From positions 11,470,001 through 11,534,000 of the forward strand of contig JBHGNT010000014.1 in the NCBI GenBank assembly GCA_043228905.1: a DNA stretch of 64,000 nt, read 5' to 3'. Each line of letters opens with the position of its first letter. Within the stretch, counting starts at the first letter, position 1. The translations under genes and the position numbers were made by a program. Source of the stretch: Azolla caroliniana. Its lineage: Eukaryota; Plantae; Polypodiophyta. Under the pieces are notes generated by a model. The model worked only from the letters and a program-made list of their open reading frames with translations, ran no database searches and was not told the DNA's origin. Of this stretch, positions 12,312-26,203 are shown piece after piece.

Positions 12312-13167
12312 TGATACGGATTTCAAGTAGCAGCGTTTATCTGATCACGATCTCTCTTTAATTTAGATTAGCATTTCTGATCATCTCCCTTTGATTATCA
12401 TCTTTATCTGATCTAGTTCATCTAGCGCGAGTACCATCTTCTCTTTATATGATCATAGATTATAAGTATATGTCCCCGCTCAGACCTTTGCAGATCAATC
12501 AGCTACTATATTTCAACCTAGCTTTGATCGTCTGTGGTAAACGCGGAGTAGTTTAGCTAATTATCGGTGTAGCCTCTCAGCCCGCCTTTCTACATAGGAT
12601 CCGTGGCTGCCTAGAGTTCGGTTTGAGGTAGGATTATAAAAGATATCTCATTAATATGTGGCCATGATCTGTACATTTTTAGTGGACCTTGATCCGTTAG
12701 CTGTAGGATAAGTTTTATCTCACAAGAGTTATGCTATATGACCCCTCGCTGGACATTTTGTGTAATGCAGCAGAAGGCTGGTCACTCATGAATTACTCGT
12801 GAAATTTCCGATTGAATTCTATAAGCTCTCTCATTTTTATGAAGATGTGAAATTCAACACATAACGATGTTTTGCCATAATGTTTTTAATACATATCAGA
12901 GTGATAGCGCCTATATTCGATTCGTAATTATATTCAATGGATATCTCTGGTTGAATTTAAATTTCTCTTCCTTTTCTTAGTTCATTCCCGCTGTTCCATG
13001 ATCTATTAGTAATTAATTTCACCTTTCATTTTCGTTTATAAATTGTTTTGAAAATATCTTGTAGTAGTAATCCCCGCTTAATTCATTTCAAGATTCTACT
13101 GAATGAACATATCGTGGTTAGAGCGTAACCCGGAATCAGCACTAAATTAGCATATTTGACACACAGC

Positions 13168-13170
<3 letters not shown>

Positions 13171-13202
<32 letters not shown>
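13171..13202. repeat. (TC)n microsatellite
   Basis: About 16 perfect TC units. Confidence 0.9.
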
Positions 13203-13205
<3 letters not shown>

Positions 13206-14913
13206 TTGCTCATTTCTATCTGTTACGATTTATCTTCCATTAAGGCTGTTAATTTCTTTTCGAGACAGGTAGCCTGCATAGTAGTTTGCAGTATCGTAAG
13301 AACGGTGGGACAAAAATTTCCTTCTATTTTATCAAATGTTACTGCACACCCCACCCTATATGATTTGTAGTAGTGCATTCGATATCGTTAATTGATATAC
13401 AACTCAAGGTAGCTGATGGTCAGAATAACCGGTTTACAATATTCAGAATGATAAAAGTGCAGTGCAGACTCATGAATCAAGATATAAAATTGGCGTGAGT
13501 GATATAAATCAGGATATGAGTGCTGTTGTGTATATGTATATATAATTGCTGCTCATAGCTACCTTACTGGCTATTTAGCAGAACACGTCCCCGAGTAGTA
13601 AACGTTTTCCTCTTACATGGGGGCATTAACTACTATAAAGTTAAGGGATTTTACTTTTTGTACCCAGATATTACTGTTTCCCTGCAGAAGGGAGAGAGAA
13701 ATCGCATCGTATGAGTAGATTAGACAGAAATGCTTCAACTTGCCAAACGAGAGAGACAGAGAGAGAGAGCTTGACTTTGCAAAGTTGCAAGTTCGAAGAA
13801 CAAACTGCAAGTTGCAACAATCACTCCCCCGAGAAGAGAGAGAGAGAGATAGAGAGATTGGCCAACAACGTTCAGAGTATCACATTTTGCAAGTTGCAAC
13901 ATTAATTCCGGCACAGACTTGGCGCGCAGCATATGCTCATGCATGTGTATCATCAGAAGTAGAACTGTTGGGGATCCTTTTGAGTAATAATCAATTGATA
14001 AATTCGAAACTGAACAGTATACTTCGAAATTCTAATTCACTATTGGGCGCCAAATATTCCCCCCACCCCCCTTTTGTAAGATATATAAATTTTATATTTG
14101 GTCTGGGGAGAGATCCGAGAATTAAAGACTAAGAATTGAAGATCAAAGTGGACCTACAATCTATTACGTTTCCCATGCCATCATGTGGAAGCAGGGAAAA
14201 AGAAATCAATGGGGACACATTAATCTATATATATTCTAGGGTCTGCAAAAATATTGCAAGTCTAAAATAATTCATAAAACTTATCTATTTGGGGTCATGC
14301 AGAATCAGTGCAGATATATATTTATATAGAAATATCTACAATATGGATGGTAAGACATTATGTAGATATTTATGAATCGGCGCGTTTAAGGATTTCTTTT
14401 AGACCTCAGATTCCTCAATGGAAGGAAGGCCAAGAATTGCAGTAAATTAGTGAATTATAATAATACTATATCCATATCGATGAATGTGGAGACTCGAGTC
14501 CGTTGACAGTAAAATCGCACACACCTGAGATTCTGACAATTGCTTCGGTTTATTCATTGTTCTCCGTTGAATGGCCACACTCCGCTTTTTAAAGAAACGA
14601 AAGGATCGCAAAAGACCTTTGGGGAAAATGATTGATCAGGTCTTTCATATTTAAAACACATACAAAATAAAAGATAAGAGGAAGATCAAAACCAAAGATA
14701 CTTTCTTGGCCTCAAAGAGTGTTGGAAAGGTAGTGTTTCATAATTAGAAAAGGGTGTTGGTTTGATAAAAATTCGTGTACGCATCATTATTTTCCGAAAG
14801 GACACGAATTATTGTACGATTCGTTTTCTAATACATATTGTCTTAGTCTTTAGCATATCATGAACTTCCATCCACAATATTCAATGTTAACCCTATTAAA
14901 AAACATTAGGGGT

Positions 14914-15249
14914 AATATGACAACATGCAGGGTTCACTAGGACTCTGAACAAGACAAAGAAGAAGCTCCTTCACTTATGGAAAAAGTTACCCTTGTTTAC
15001 AGAGTCAACTCAAGGGCCTCAATCGAACTATCAACTTCCATGGGCCCTTTCTTTAATATCAGTGAAGCATGGCAGAGTGCAACAATAAATTTCAATACCT
15101 TTTACAAAGTTCTTGCTTTGGTCTTAGGATTATCGTATATCATTGTACATGAAAATTGTAAGCCTTTGGGCACATAAGCTTAAGTTGTAGCATTCACATG
15201 TTTTTTCTTAATACTAATGTGGAAAATCTTCGAAGAAAAATAAATAAAT
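14914..15249 (+). mobile_element. Second, longer copy of the non-LTR retroposon
   Basis: A-rich tail (AAAAAATAAATAAA) and flanking direct repeat CATTAGGGGT at 14904-14913 and 15250-15259; homologous to 6591-6816. Confidence 0.7.
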
Positions 15250-15639
15250 CATTAGGGGTTCAAATGATGCTCAAGAGGGGAAGAGGAGACGGGATAGAAG
15301 AAAAGAACGATTATGTAGTTATGGTTTCACTCTTGAAAGAGTCATGTTTTGAGCATGGGTGGGATTGTTGCACCTCATAGCTATGCCCAAGTAAAATTGT
15401 TATGACTTGCCCAAGCATGTTGAAGCACAAACATAGGCAATATTGAGAAACAATGACAATGTTCGCATAGTACTTTGGTCTAGACATTCTTGCCAATGTT
15501 TGGCAAATTCTTAGAGACAATGTACGCGTGCCATATAGGGAGGGAGTTTACCTTTTTGATGGGAGGGATGGCACGAAGTTATTCCGGCAAAAATTTTCAA
15601 AAATTCTGAATCTAACCAATATGCATTGTAGATAACTTC

Positions 15640-15950
15640 TTTCATTGGAATCATCTGCATGGGCTTTTAATGTGGCGAAACATTACCCAAATGATTATGA
15701 TACTCTTGTGTTGCCTACGTTGTTTCTTAATTAGATCATGATGCACACTGTATACAAATTTGCCTATTATAAATCATAGGCATGGGCTTTCCATGTGTGG
15801 CTAAACTCTATCTGAATGATTATGATACTCATGTATTGCCTAAGTTGTTGCTAAATTAGATCTGGATGACTTGATGCACAATGCTAAAAAAATTGTTCTA
15901 GTTGAAATCATAGGCATGGGCTTTTTGTTTGTGGCTAAACATTGACCAAT
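15640..15950. repeat. Tandem repeat with about 125-bp unit; second array at about 25200-25433
   Basis: GCATGGGCTTT...GTGGCTAAAC...ATGATTATGATACTC recurs at about 15657, 15780 and 15913, and again at about 25220 and 25343. Confidence 0.75.
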
Positions 15951-18900
15951 CACTTCCTTGGTAGAAATCCAATTTATAGGAAATTACACAATTGTGTTGT
16001 TATTCAATATATTTTGATATTATTTGGATTTTATGAATCCTGTTTGTACACCTAAATGAGTGGGGAAGATGTATTTTAGATTTGGAGATATGCATGAGAG
16101 CATTCAAGTTGTGCTTGTTTAGAAGCATGTCCTACAAGAATTGACGAATGTGTTCTTTCAAATTTAGTGAGGCGCATGATAGTGCTACGATGGTGCTTGT
16201 TCAGAGACATGGGTGCTAGTGAATAACTTTGAGTTTCCATTGCACGATCTATTTTTGGAAGAAATCGTTATCATTTGGGGCAAAACCTAGTTCAACTCAT
16301 TTTAGTTTGGTTGCTTGATTAGATCTTGATGCACATGGTAAACGATTTTTTTTTTTTTTTTTTTTTTCCAACAATGGTTTATATTATGTCTAAAGTGATT
16401 TAAATTATACATGGACACTTCGAAATATTCTTAACAATTTCTTCATGGATTTTAACCTTTTTCAATTGCTCTTAGGCTGCCACATTCATTCATTAGTGCA
16501 ACATATTTTGCATACATATCTACCAAAGCATTGCTAAGTACAATACAACATGTTTTTCTACCGATCCTTTGTGGATGATCTCCTAATGAAGTTCCTTTCC
16601 CTTATCCAATACTTGTATCTGGCCATTTGCCTCATGTCTATGGAGCAAATACCTAAAGAGCTGGCTGATACCTCTAAAGTATACAACCATCAGTCCAAAA
16701 AATCCATAAGACTATTAAACTCATCATCTCCCAAACCACACAATCCTTTATTGAATCAGTAGACATACCTGGTGACACTTTCTCAACATATCAATTTCTT
16801 GTATACAATGCAAAGTTAATGTTTTCTTTTTCATAATCTTGTAGTTCACCCTTAATATCTGTGTACAAGTTTACGTGTGCAGAAGCATTATGCGCAAACA
16901 CAGCCAGCTTGGTCGAACAACAGAAATAGATAGTTAGGAATACACAGAGTAGGAGAGAGAGAGAGACTGGGTGAGCAGACACAATTTCTATTATCAAAAG
17001 TCTCAATACTCAGTACATACAATGTGCTCAAAGAGCACTTTTTTTACAAGCCCTCTAATAGGTTGTCATAAAGTACTGACATGTACTTCAATGTTCATTA
17101 ATTGAGCCTAACTCTAATTTTCCTATAATAGGCCCATTTAATAAAATAGGCATTTACGGTATCGAAAGACCTGTCGGATTCCATCTGTCTGGACTAGCCG
17201 ATTTCGCTTTCGGCTTATTCAGCTGATTCAGGCCTAGCCGATCGACCTATGTTCAAGCCGGCTTTTGGCTTATTCAGCTAATTCGGGCCTAGCCGATTGA
17301 CCTATGTCCGATCCAACTTTCGGCTTATTCAACCGATTCGGCCCATGTTGAGCTTGTTCACTCGACACTCCCCCTCAAGCTCAACTTGAGGTCCTAATGT
17401 GTCAGCTCCAGCCAGTTCTATCCTCCAGCTTTTCCCGGCTTCTTCACGCCTTGCTCGCGCTCCTTGTCTGGTTCGGTCCCGCACCCCAAGACGCCTTTGG
17501 TCCAATGCTCCCTGACTAGTCTGGTTCCACGTACCTCGACCCCTACGGTCTGTTTGTCTATTACCTAGACCCTTGTCAGCTCCTTTGCTGTCGCGGCATT
17601 GGCGCCCCTCGAATTGTCGGCTCCTCCATATTGACATCGGCTTCGGATGCCTCATTTTCTGCTTGGCCTTAATACGATATGGCTCATCTGAATCCTGCCT
17701 CTTGAGCAAGTTGGTTATATCCGATTCATTCCCGCTCTTGTCCAAATCGGTTGTCTTTGATTCGCCTTCAGTTCGGCCCTTGGCTATCTCAGCCTAAGTC
17801 TTGGCCTTCTTCTCCATGGCTCTGCCTCTCTTGGCTCTGTTGTCTCCCTCTCGTTTGGTTAGATTTGGCTTCGGTCCATTCTTTTGGCCGCTCCCCTGCA
17901 TTTTGCTAGTCTATACTTAGCCGACCTCCTTCCACTTGTTCTCTCGTCTAACACGTCCTTGGCTTCTTCAACTGTCCCCAACATTACGACTTCTTTAACT
18001 GTTCCGTTTTCGAACTCCAAATCTGATCCAGTTTCTCGAACATCTCTCCCCCTCTCACCTTTACTTTGGCATTTGCTTCTCTCCCTCAAGTTCGGCATGT
18101 CGAGATGTTGTAAACCAAGCATACTTGAAAAATGTTGTAACTTGTCAAGGTTGGGAGGTTTGGTGAAGATATCGGCAACCTGCCGATCTGTCGAAATGTA
18201 TACAAGTTTGACTTCATCGGACAAAACTCGCTCATAGAAAAAAGGATAATGCACCTCAATGTGCTTCGTGTAACCATAGAAGACGAGGTTCTTAGCTAAT
18301 TGGATGCTGCTAAGGTTGTCACAATATATAATTGTTGGCTTGGACACCTCCCATATGTAGATCCCTTAATAGCTGCTTGAGCCATATGGCTTCGCATGTT
18401 GCGACAACCGCGCCTCTATATTCGGCCTCAGTGCCTAACAATGCAATTGTCTCCTACTTCTTACTACTCAAGGAGATTGCGATGCTTCCCAATGAAAACG
18501 CAAATCCAGATGGTGACTTGCGATTCCCAGCATTGTAGGCCCAATCGACATCATTGTAGCCGACCAACCACTCATTCCATTTGAGGAAGTAATGAAGGTT
18601 CCATATATCCTTCATGTTGAATGATGGAGCAAGTTGGGACTTCACGAGGCTATTTTCTTTCAAGTCGGCGTCGACAATGACCAAGTCATCCACATATAGC
18701 AGTATTGGCCCATTCTGACCCTGCCAGATAAAAAGTGAAGAGTTTGATTTTGTTGAGAGATCAAGTTCAACTTAGTTTAGTTTGTTAGTCAACCATGTAA
18801 CGTTGTAGTTACCTAGATAGAATCTAGTTAGAAGTGTTGACTATAACGCCTTAATTAGGACCTTGTACTTAAGTGGGATATTCTAAATCCTCCACTCCCA

Positions 18901-19041
18901 AGTACATTTAATATAGGACTTACACCCTTGTACCTATAATCTCCTCACACATATGCACCCTTGCACATGAGATCTATATATACCTCATTGTGGGTATTTT
19001 TGTATTTGATGATGATAATGCTAATTTAATATAGAGTTAAT

Positions 19042-22000
19042 TGTTAGAAATTGACGCTTTCAAAACCTTCGCCTCTCGGCCACAACCGAGGAAACACGAG
19101 TCAATGCAGTAGTAAATCGAAGACACAGAGAGAGACTCGAATGCACAGAGTTTAGCGTGGAAATCCCTAGACGGGAAAAACCACGGGAGTGCAAGACTCC
19201 AACTATCACTATACGCACGGAATGTACAATGGCGAGCTGCAAGGCGACGACGACCTTGAGCTCGCTGTCCTCGCCACAGGCGGCGGTATTACATAGAGGC
19301 GTCGACCTCTTCCTTTCTCTCTCCCTCTCTCTCTCTCTCGGCTGCTCTCACTTCGCTCCCTCTAAGTGGAAAACAGAAAACTAAGCAACAACAACAAAAC
19401 TGTTTGCCCTAAGTCATATTTATACACATATGACTTTCGGGCTATTTACAAATAAAGCCTAGAGGGCCCTTGGCAAACATATTCACAAATATGTCCCCGC
19501 ATCCGGATCTCTCTCCGGGTACATTCGTCATCCGGCTCCGTAGCCGGGGTCTTCATCATCCGGATCCGAAACCGGGTCTTCATCATCCGGATCCGAAACC
19601 GGGTCTTCATCATCCGGCTCCGTAGCCGGGGTCTTCATCATCCGGATCCGAAACCGGGTCTTCATCATCCGGTTCCGATACCGGGTACTCCTCATTCGGG
19701 TCTTCATTCCCGATTCCCGGACATCTGACCATCCCATCCGGAGGGACCGTAATCCCAACAAACTCCCCCTTCACTTCGGCATGGGATGTCTTTCCAGTCC
19801 GACCCTCTTCCGGCACGCTTCCAGCTTGTCGGGTGTGAGCACTTTGGTCAGCATATCTGACCCGTTCTCGTCCGTGTGGATCTTCGTCAGCACGAACTCC
19901 TGGTCTTCTATCCTTTCCTGGATCCAGTGATATCTTCGCTCGATGTGCTTCGTCCGGGAGTGATAGGCCGCATTCTTCGCAAGGTGGATGGCACTTTGAC
20001 TGTCGCAGTAGAGTCGGTACTCCTCCTGCCGGATACCGAGCTCTCTAATGAAGTCCTTCATCCATATTATTTCCTTGCCGGCTTCAACAGCCGCCATGTA
20101 CTCCGCCTCCGTAGTTGACAACGCAACCGTCTTCTGCAGCCTCGACTGCCACGAAACAGCTCCCCCTGCATATGTCATCACATACCCTGATGTGGACCGG
20201 CTGGTATCTGCATCAGCCGACATATCCGAATCGGTAAAGCCGTCGAGTTCGGGCTTACCGGAGCCGAATCGGAGGCACACGTTTGCCGTGCCCTTTAGGT
20301 ATCGGAGTATCCACTTGGCCGCGTTCCAGTGCTCTTTGCCGGGATTGCTCATGTACCGGCTCACCACTCCGACTGCATATCCTATGTCCGGTCTTGTACA
20401 CACCATTGCGTACATCAAGCTTCCGACGGCAGAGGCATATGGTACTTTCATCATGTCCTCCTTCTCAGCCTTTGTCTTGGGGCTTTGCTTGCTGGACAAC
20501 TTGCAGTTTGCCGGGAGGGTTGACCCGACTGGTCTTGCTTCCGACATGTTGAACCGGTGAAGCACCTTTGTCACGTACTTCTCCTGTGACAGCCACAACT
20601 GCTTCTTCTTCCGGTCCCGGATGATGTGCATCCCTAGTATTTGCCTCGCCGGACCCAGGTCCTTCATTGAGAAGGTTCGGTGAAGCGCTTTCTTCAGCAT
20701 CCGTATCTTGACCTGGTCCCGTCCGACGATCAACATGTCGTCCACGTACAGGAGGAGTATTAGAAAGTCTCCTCCTTCGAACTTCTTCACAAACACGCAG
20801 TGATCGGACTGCGTTTTGTGGTACCCTTCGTCGGTCATGAAAGAGTTGAACTTCCGGTACCATTGCCGGGGAGCCTGCTTCAGTCCGTAAAGGCTCTTCT
20901 TCAACCGGCATACCAGGTGCTCCTTCCCTTTCTTCTCGAATCCTTCCGGTTGCTGCATGTAGATCTCTTCTTCGAGGTCACCGTGAAGGAATGCCGTCTT
21001 CACGTCCATCTGTTCTACCTCGAGGTCCATGCTTGCCGCTATGCTCAGCACCGTCCGGATGGAGGTCATCTTCACTACCGGGGCAAATATCTCGTCGAAG
21101 TCGACGCCCTTCTTCTGCTGGAACCCCTTCACCACGATCCTGGCTTTGTATCTCGGGGGGTTTCCGGCATCTCCCGGTTTCAACTTGAACACCCACTTGT
21201 TTCGAAGTGCCCGCTTTCCTTTCGGCAAGTCCACAAGTTCATATGTGTGGTTCTCATGCAGGGAATCCATCTCCTCCTGCATGGCACTTAACCACCTGCG
21301 GCTATGGGTGTCAAGCTTTGCTTCTTCAAAACTCTCCGGCTCCCCCTCGTCGGTTAGCAGCACGTGCTCTGGTTCCGGAAATCTCCGGGGGGCCCTTCTC
21401 TCTCTTAGAGGATATCTCCGTTCCGGAGCTTCGGTAACCGGCTCCTCCGTTTCCTCTTCATCCGAATCCATTTCGGGATCGGGGCCGGTTCCGGTATCAG
21501 TTTCATCTTCCTCGGCCGGTTCTGTTTCTTCACCGTCTTCGGCCGGATCCTCGAGTGCTAACCGGTCCCTTGCTGGTCGGGACTGCTCCTCGTAGAGTTG
21601 ATCCTCACCGGTCGACTTGGAGCTCTTCATCTTCTTCTCCGACTCCCAGTCGGCGAGTGTCTTGTCCTCCATGAAGATGATATCATGACTCCGGAATATC
21701 TTTTTGTCGACCGGGTCCCATACTCGGTAGCCGAACTCGTCATCGCCGTAACCGAGGAATATGCATGGCCGGGTTTTTGGATCTAGCTTTCCTCTCCGGT
21801 CCTTTGCCACATGCACATATGCGAGACACCCGAACACCTTCAGATGCCGGTAGGATACTTCCCTACCGGTCCACACTCTCTGCGGCGTGTCTCCGTCCAA
21901 AGGTACTGAGGGTGATCTGTTTATCACGTATGTCGCCGTCGACATTGCCTCAACCCAAAACCCCTTGGGTAATTTCGCATGCGCCAGCATACTCCGGACC

Positions 22001-24564
22001 CTCTCCATTATGGTCCGGTTCATCCTCTCGGCCAGCCCGTTCAGTTCCGGCGTCTTCGGCACAGTAAACTCGAGCCGGATTCCCTTCGAGCGACAGTACT
22101 CCTTGAACTGCCCCCGGTATTCCCCTCCGTTATCCGCTCGTATCGCTTTCAGCTTCTTGCCGGATTCCCTTTCCACTCTCGCGTGGAGTTCTTTGAAGAC
22201 GCACAACACTTGGTCCTTTGTCTTCAGCGGTGCCGTCCACAGCTTCCGGTTGTGGTCATCAATGAATGTCACGAAGTACTGGGCTCCGCCATGTGACTTC
22301 GTTTCTACTTGACACACGTCAGTGTGCACCAACTCCAATGGTGCGCTACGTCTCGTCGGTGGCCTTGAGTGGAAGGAGGTTCGGTTCTGCTTACCGGCCA
22401 GGCAATCGGTGCACTTCTCCAGGTGCACATGCTTCACTGGAATAAGGTTGTCTTCTGCAAGCCTCTTCATCCCCTTCTCACTCATGTGGCACAGTCTCTT
22501 GTGCCACAGCTCACCGGCAGTGTCGGCTGCCACGTTCAACTCCTCCGGACACAACCAGGCATTCATAAGGTACAATGTGTTGACTTTCCGGGCCCGAGCC
22601 ACTATCAGGCTCCCCTTGCTGAACTTCATTACGCAGTTCCGGATGCTACCTGTGTAGCCTTCATCGTCTAGCCTCCCGGCCGAAATCAGGTTCAATCGAA
22701 CCTCCGGAACGTGTCAGACATCCTTCAGCAACATTTTGCATCCGGTCGAGGTTGTCAACCACACGTCTCCTATGCCGGCAATCCGGCACGTACCTTCATT
22801 TCCCATCCGAACACAGCCATGCTCACCGGCTGTGTAGGATGAGAAGTATCTTCTTTCCGGGGTCAGGTGGAACGACGCTCCGGAATCGACCACCCAGGTA
22901 GTCTCATCGCCGGCAATGTTTAGTTCACCTTCTTCGGTGATGAGCATGATCTCCTCTTCACTTGCCGCGAGTGCCGTCGTTCCTTTCCGGTCCTGCCCTC
23001 GCCGATCCGAACCATTCCGGTCCGTGGCTCCCCGGTAAGCACCGTTCCGTTCCAAAGACTTCTTCGAATCGGTGTCGTCGGCTCCGTTGTCTTTTCGGTA
23101 ATGCCGACAATTTTTTCGGAAGTGCCTCGGCTTCCCACAGTGGAAGCATGCGGGCCTTCCTCTTGACTGCGACCGGGTCCCCGACTTCTCCCGTCTTTGC
23201 GGACTCCGGTTCCGTTGTCTTCCCCGATCCGATTCGGCAAGCAGCATCTTCGGATCGGAGGCCGGTTCTTTATCTCTCCGACGCGCTTCTTCGTTCAAAA
23301 TGCTTGTCTTTACCGTTTGTAGGGACAAGTTATCTTCGGTGCAGGAGGTGCTGAGAGTCACCACCAAGTTCTCCCAGCTTTCCGGCAATATACACATCAG
23401 CATGATGGCTTGCATTGCATCCTCCAACGGGAACTTGATCGCCGCAAGCTGGTTCACGAATCCCATGAACGTGCTTACGTGTTCCACCATACTCTCGCCG
23501 TCCCGGTACTTGAGGTTCACTATCTTCCTCATCAGGGAGGTCCGGTTCAACGCATTCTTCCTCTCGTAGAGGCCCGACAGCTTCTGCCACATCTCATATG
23601 CGTTGGTGTCGTTCGCCACATGTTGTAGAACGCTCACGTCGACGTATTGCCGAATGGTTGCAACGGCTTTCCGGTTCAGAAGCCTCCATTCTGTCTCAAG
23701 TACCCCCTTGGGTATTTCCGACCTGTCGATCGGTTCATACAGGTCCCGAACAATGAGCAGATCCTCCATCTTTATCTTCCAGTCGGCGTAGTTCTGCGCA
23801 TTCAGCACCATCATCCCCGGCTGCCCGCTGCTGCCGCCTTCCATTTTCTGCACTGCAGTCGCTCTGATACCAGATTGTTAGAAATTGACGCTTTCAAAAC
23901 CTTCGCCTCTCGGCCACAACCGAGGAAACACGAGTCAATGCAGTAGTAAATCGAAGACACAGAGAGAGACTCGAATGCACAGAGTTTAGCGTGGAAAACC
24001 CTAGACGGGAAAAACCACGGGAGTGCAAGACTCCAACTATCACTATACGCAGGGAATGTACAATGGCGAGCTGCAAGGCGACGATCTTGAGCTCGCTGTC
24101 CTCGCCACAGGAGGCGGTATTACACAGAGGCGTCGACCTCTTCCTTTCTCTCTCCCTCTCTCTCTCTCTCGGCTGCTCTCACTTCGCTCCCTCTAAGTGG
24201 AAAACAGAAAAATAAGCAACAACAACAAAACTGTTTGCCCTAAGTCATATTTATACACATATGACTTTCGGGCTATTTACAAATAAAGCCTAGAGGGCCC
24301 TTGGCAAACATATTCACAAATATGTCCCCGCATCCGGATCTCTCTCCGGGTACATTCGTCATCCGGCTCCGTAGCCGGGGTCTTCATCATCCGGATCCGA
24401 AACCGGGTCTTCATCATCCGGCTCCGTAGCCGGGGTCTTCATCATCCGGATCCGAAACCGGGTCTTCATCATCCGGTTCCGATACCGGGTACTCCTCATT
24501 CGGGTCTTCATTCCTGATTCCCGGACATCTGACCATCCCATCCGGAGGGACCGTAATCCCAACA
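19042..24564 (-). mobile_element. Full-length, young Ty1/Copia LTR retrotransposon
   Basis: Near-identical LTRs 19042-19760 and 23876-24564, perfect TSD TTAAT (19037-19041 and 24565-24569), tRNA-iMet PBS TGGTATCAGAGC (23861-23872, minus), PPT 19761-19773. Confidence 0.97.
19771..23844 (-). CDS. Copia gag-pol polyprotein (Gag, zinc knuckle, protease, integrase, RT, RNaseH) with a single in-frame TGA at 22714-22716
   Basis: ORFs 22714..23853 and 19771..22695 are in the same frame. Motifs: CFHCGKPRHFRKNC, WVVDSGAS, WHKRLCH, DNGGEY, NGLAERMN, YKARIVVKG, LLYVDD, TKHIERRYH. Confidence 0.93.
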
Positions 24565-26203
24565 TTAATCATCCCCCATCTTGTGTTGTTCATAGTGTTA
24601 ACTTCCTCTCTCTGTTCCTCTCACACACATACACACATATCACTTAATAACTAATCACATAATTAGGTACTAATTAACCCGTAGTTAATCACCTAATTCT
24701 TAACAAATTTCAAAAGAACAAAGCCCATCCGACACAATCTCTGTGTGACCTTAGCATTCCAAGCACATGGGGCTTGCTTTAGTGCATAGAGGGACTTCTT
24801 CAATGTGTAGATGGCCGATGTGTTCAATTCGGACTGAATCCAAGAGGTTGCACCATGTATACTTGTTCCTCAAGATCTCCTTGAAGGAACGCGTTCTTCA
24901 CGTCCATCTGGCACAAGTGCCATCCCTTCGCCGCCATTATGGCCAGTAGCGCCTAGACGGTTGTCATCTTCACAACTGGCACGAATGTCTCATCGTAATT
25001 GATGCCGTATTGCTACACATAGCCCTTGGCCACCAGTGGGGCCTTGTATTGGTTGACGAAGCCATCGACGTTGCACTTCACTTTGTACACCCACTAGCAT
25101 CTGATTGGCTTCACGCCCTTGGGGGCGTCAACTAGGTCCCATGTTTATGTTACACAATGGAAATAGTGATGGAAATTAAAAACACCTCATATAGACAAGC
25201 TCTTTTCTAGGAATTGTCTGCATGGGCTTTTTATGTGGCTAAAGATTACCCAAATGATTATGTTACTCTTGTGTTGCCTACGTTGTTGCTTAATTAGATC
25301 ATGATGTACACTATATACAAATTTTTCTATTATAAATCATAGGCATGGGCTTTCCATGTGTGGCTAAACGCTATCTGAATGATTATGATACTCATGTATT
25401 GCCTAAGGTGTTGCTAAATTAGATCTAAATGACCCGATCTTAATTACAGATTATACAAAGTTATTGAATATAATTGTTTTATTTCAATCGATGAAATTCG
25501 AGGATAGATGGCCAAGTCGGTCAGGGTCGAAAGAACTGAAGCCGAACTTCGAACTGTAAAGGTGCCGAATCAGATATATCTTCGTTGCGGCGATCTTTCT
25601 TTTGTCCCTTGAGCTGAAATCTTGGGAGCTTAAGCTTTCATACTCATTCAAGTGTGCCTAGACTGAGTTGCATTCTTTCATCCGAAGGTTGTAAAGGCGC
25701 CGAATCAGATATATCTTTGTGGCGGCAACCTTCTTGTCATAAGTGTCCGACAAGTTCTTCCATAGTTGAAAGGCTGTTGAACATGATTGCACTGTGAAGT
25801 ACATAACTCTGACAAGTGCATCCGAATTGTGTCTGGAGCATTTTCGTTTTCGATGGGGTTGATTTGTCCCTTGACTATCAGATAGTCTTGCATCCGCTCT
25901 GTTACGGGCATGACCATATAATATCCCATGGCGAGAATTTACCGTAGTATTCTATACACGTGGATAAGTGTGAGGGTTAAACGAGAGTGTAAAGAAGGGG
26001 ATGATTACTTTTAAATCCTCGGGATTGAGACAACCCATTAGGCCAAGTGTGAACTTGCCTGGGGGCCTTGGGTATCGCTATAAATAAGAGGCCTAGCTAC
26101 CCTCATTTGATTACCTTGTTGACTACGTCAAGACTCTGTCTTGTGGTGGGTCAACTCTTGCAGTGAGCGCGCCAGCACCAGGTACGACTCGACACCACGG
26201 CGG

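Larger units (their letters stand above)
18751..24705. repeat. Solo LTR (about 430 bp) split by the intact Copia insertion
   Basis: TGTTGAGA...TCTTAACA ends and 5-bp TSD GATTT/AATTT. Removing it restores the host RT frame GFVLLKSNSSLFI. Confidence 0.7.
16876..25142 (-). mobile_element. Degenerate Ty1/Copia (RT/RNaseH fragments and 3' LTR), host of two nested insertions; left boundary approximate
   Basis: Minus-strand IYCDNLSSI, TKHIEVHY, QVADIFTK, LLYVDDL (17859-18750) and KARLVAKG-like/DVKNAF fragments (24711-25142). PPT complement CTCCCCCTCA follows the LTR end at 17367; the LTR contains about 55-bp tandem units (17210-17345). Confidence 0.75.

Noticed and set aside
6591-15249. Inverted repeats of about 210 bp flanking YUCCA as TIRs of a gene-capturing (Pack-type) transposon
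   Set aside because: Each copy has its own A-tail and its own TSD, so they are independent retroposon insertions.
19876-23946. Many overlapping antisense and alternate-frame ORFs across the Copia (and GC-rich Gypsy) coding regions
   Set aside because: Expected shadows of GC-rich long ORFs, with no independent motifs.
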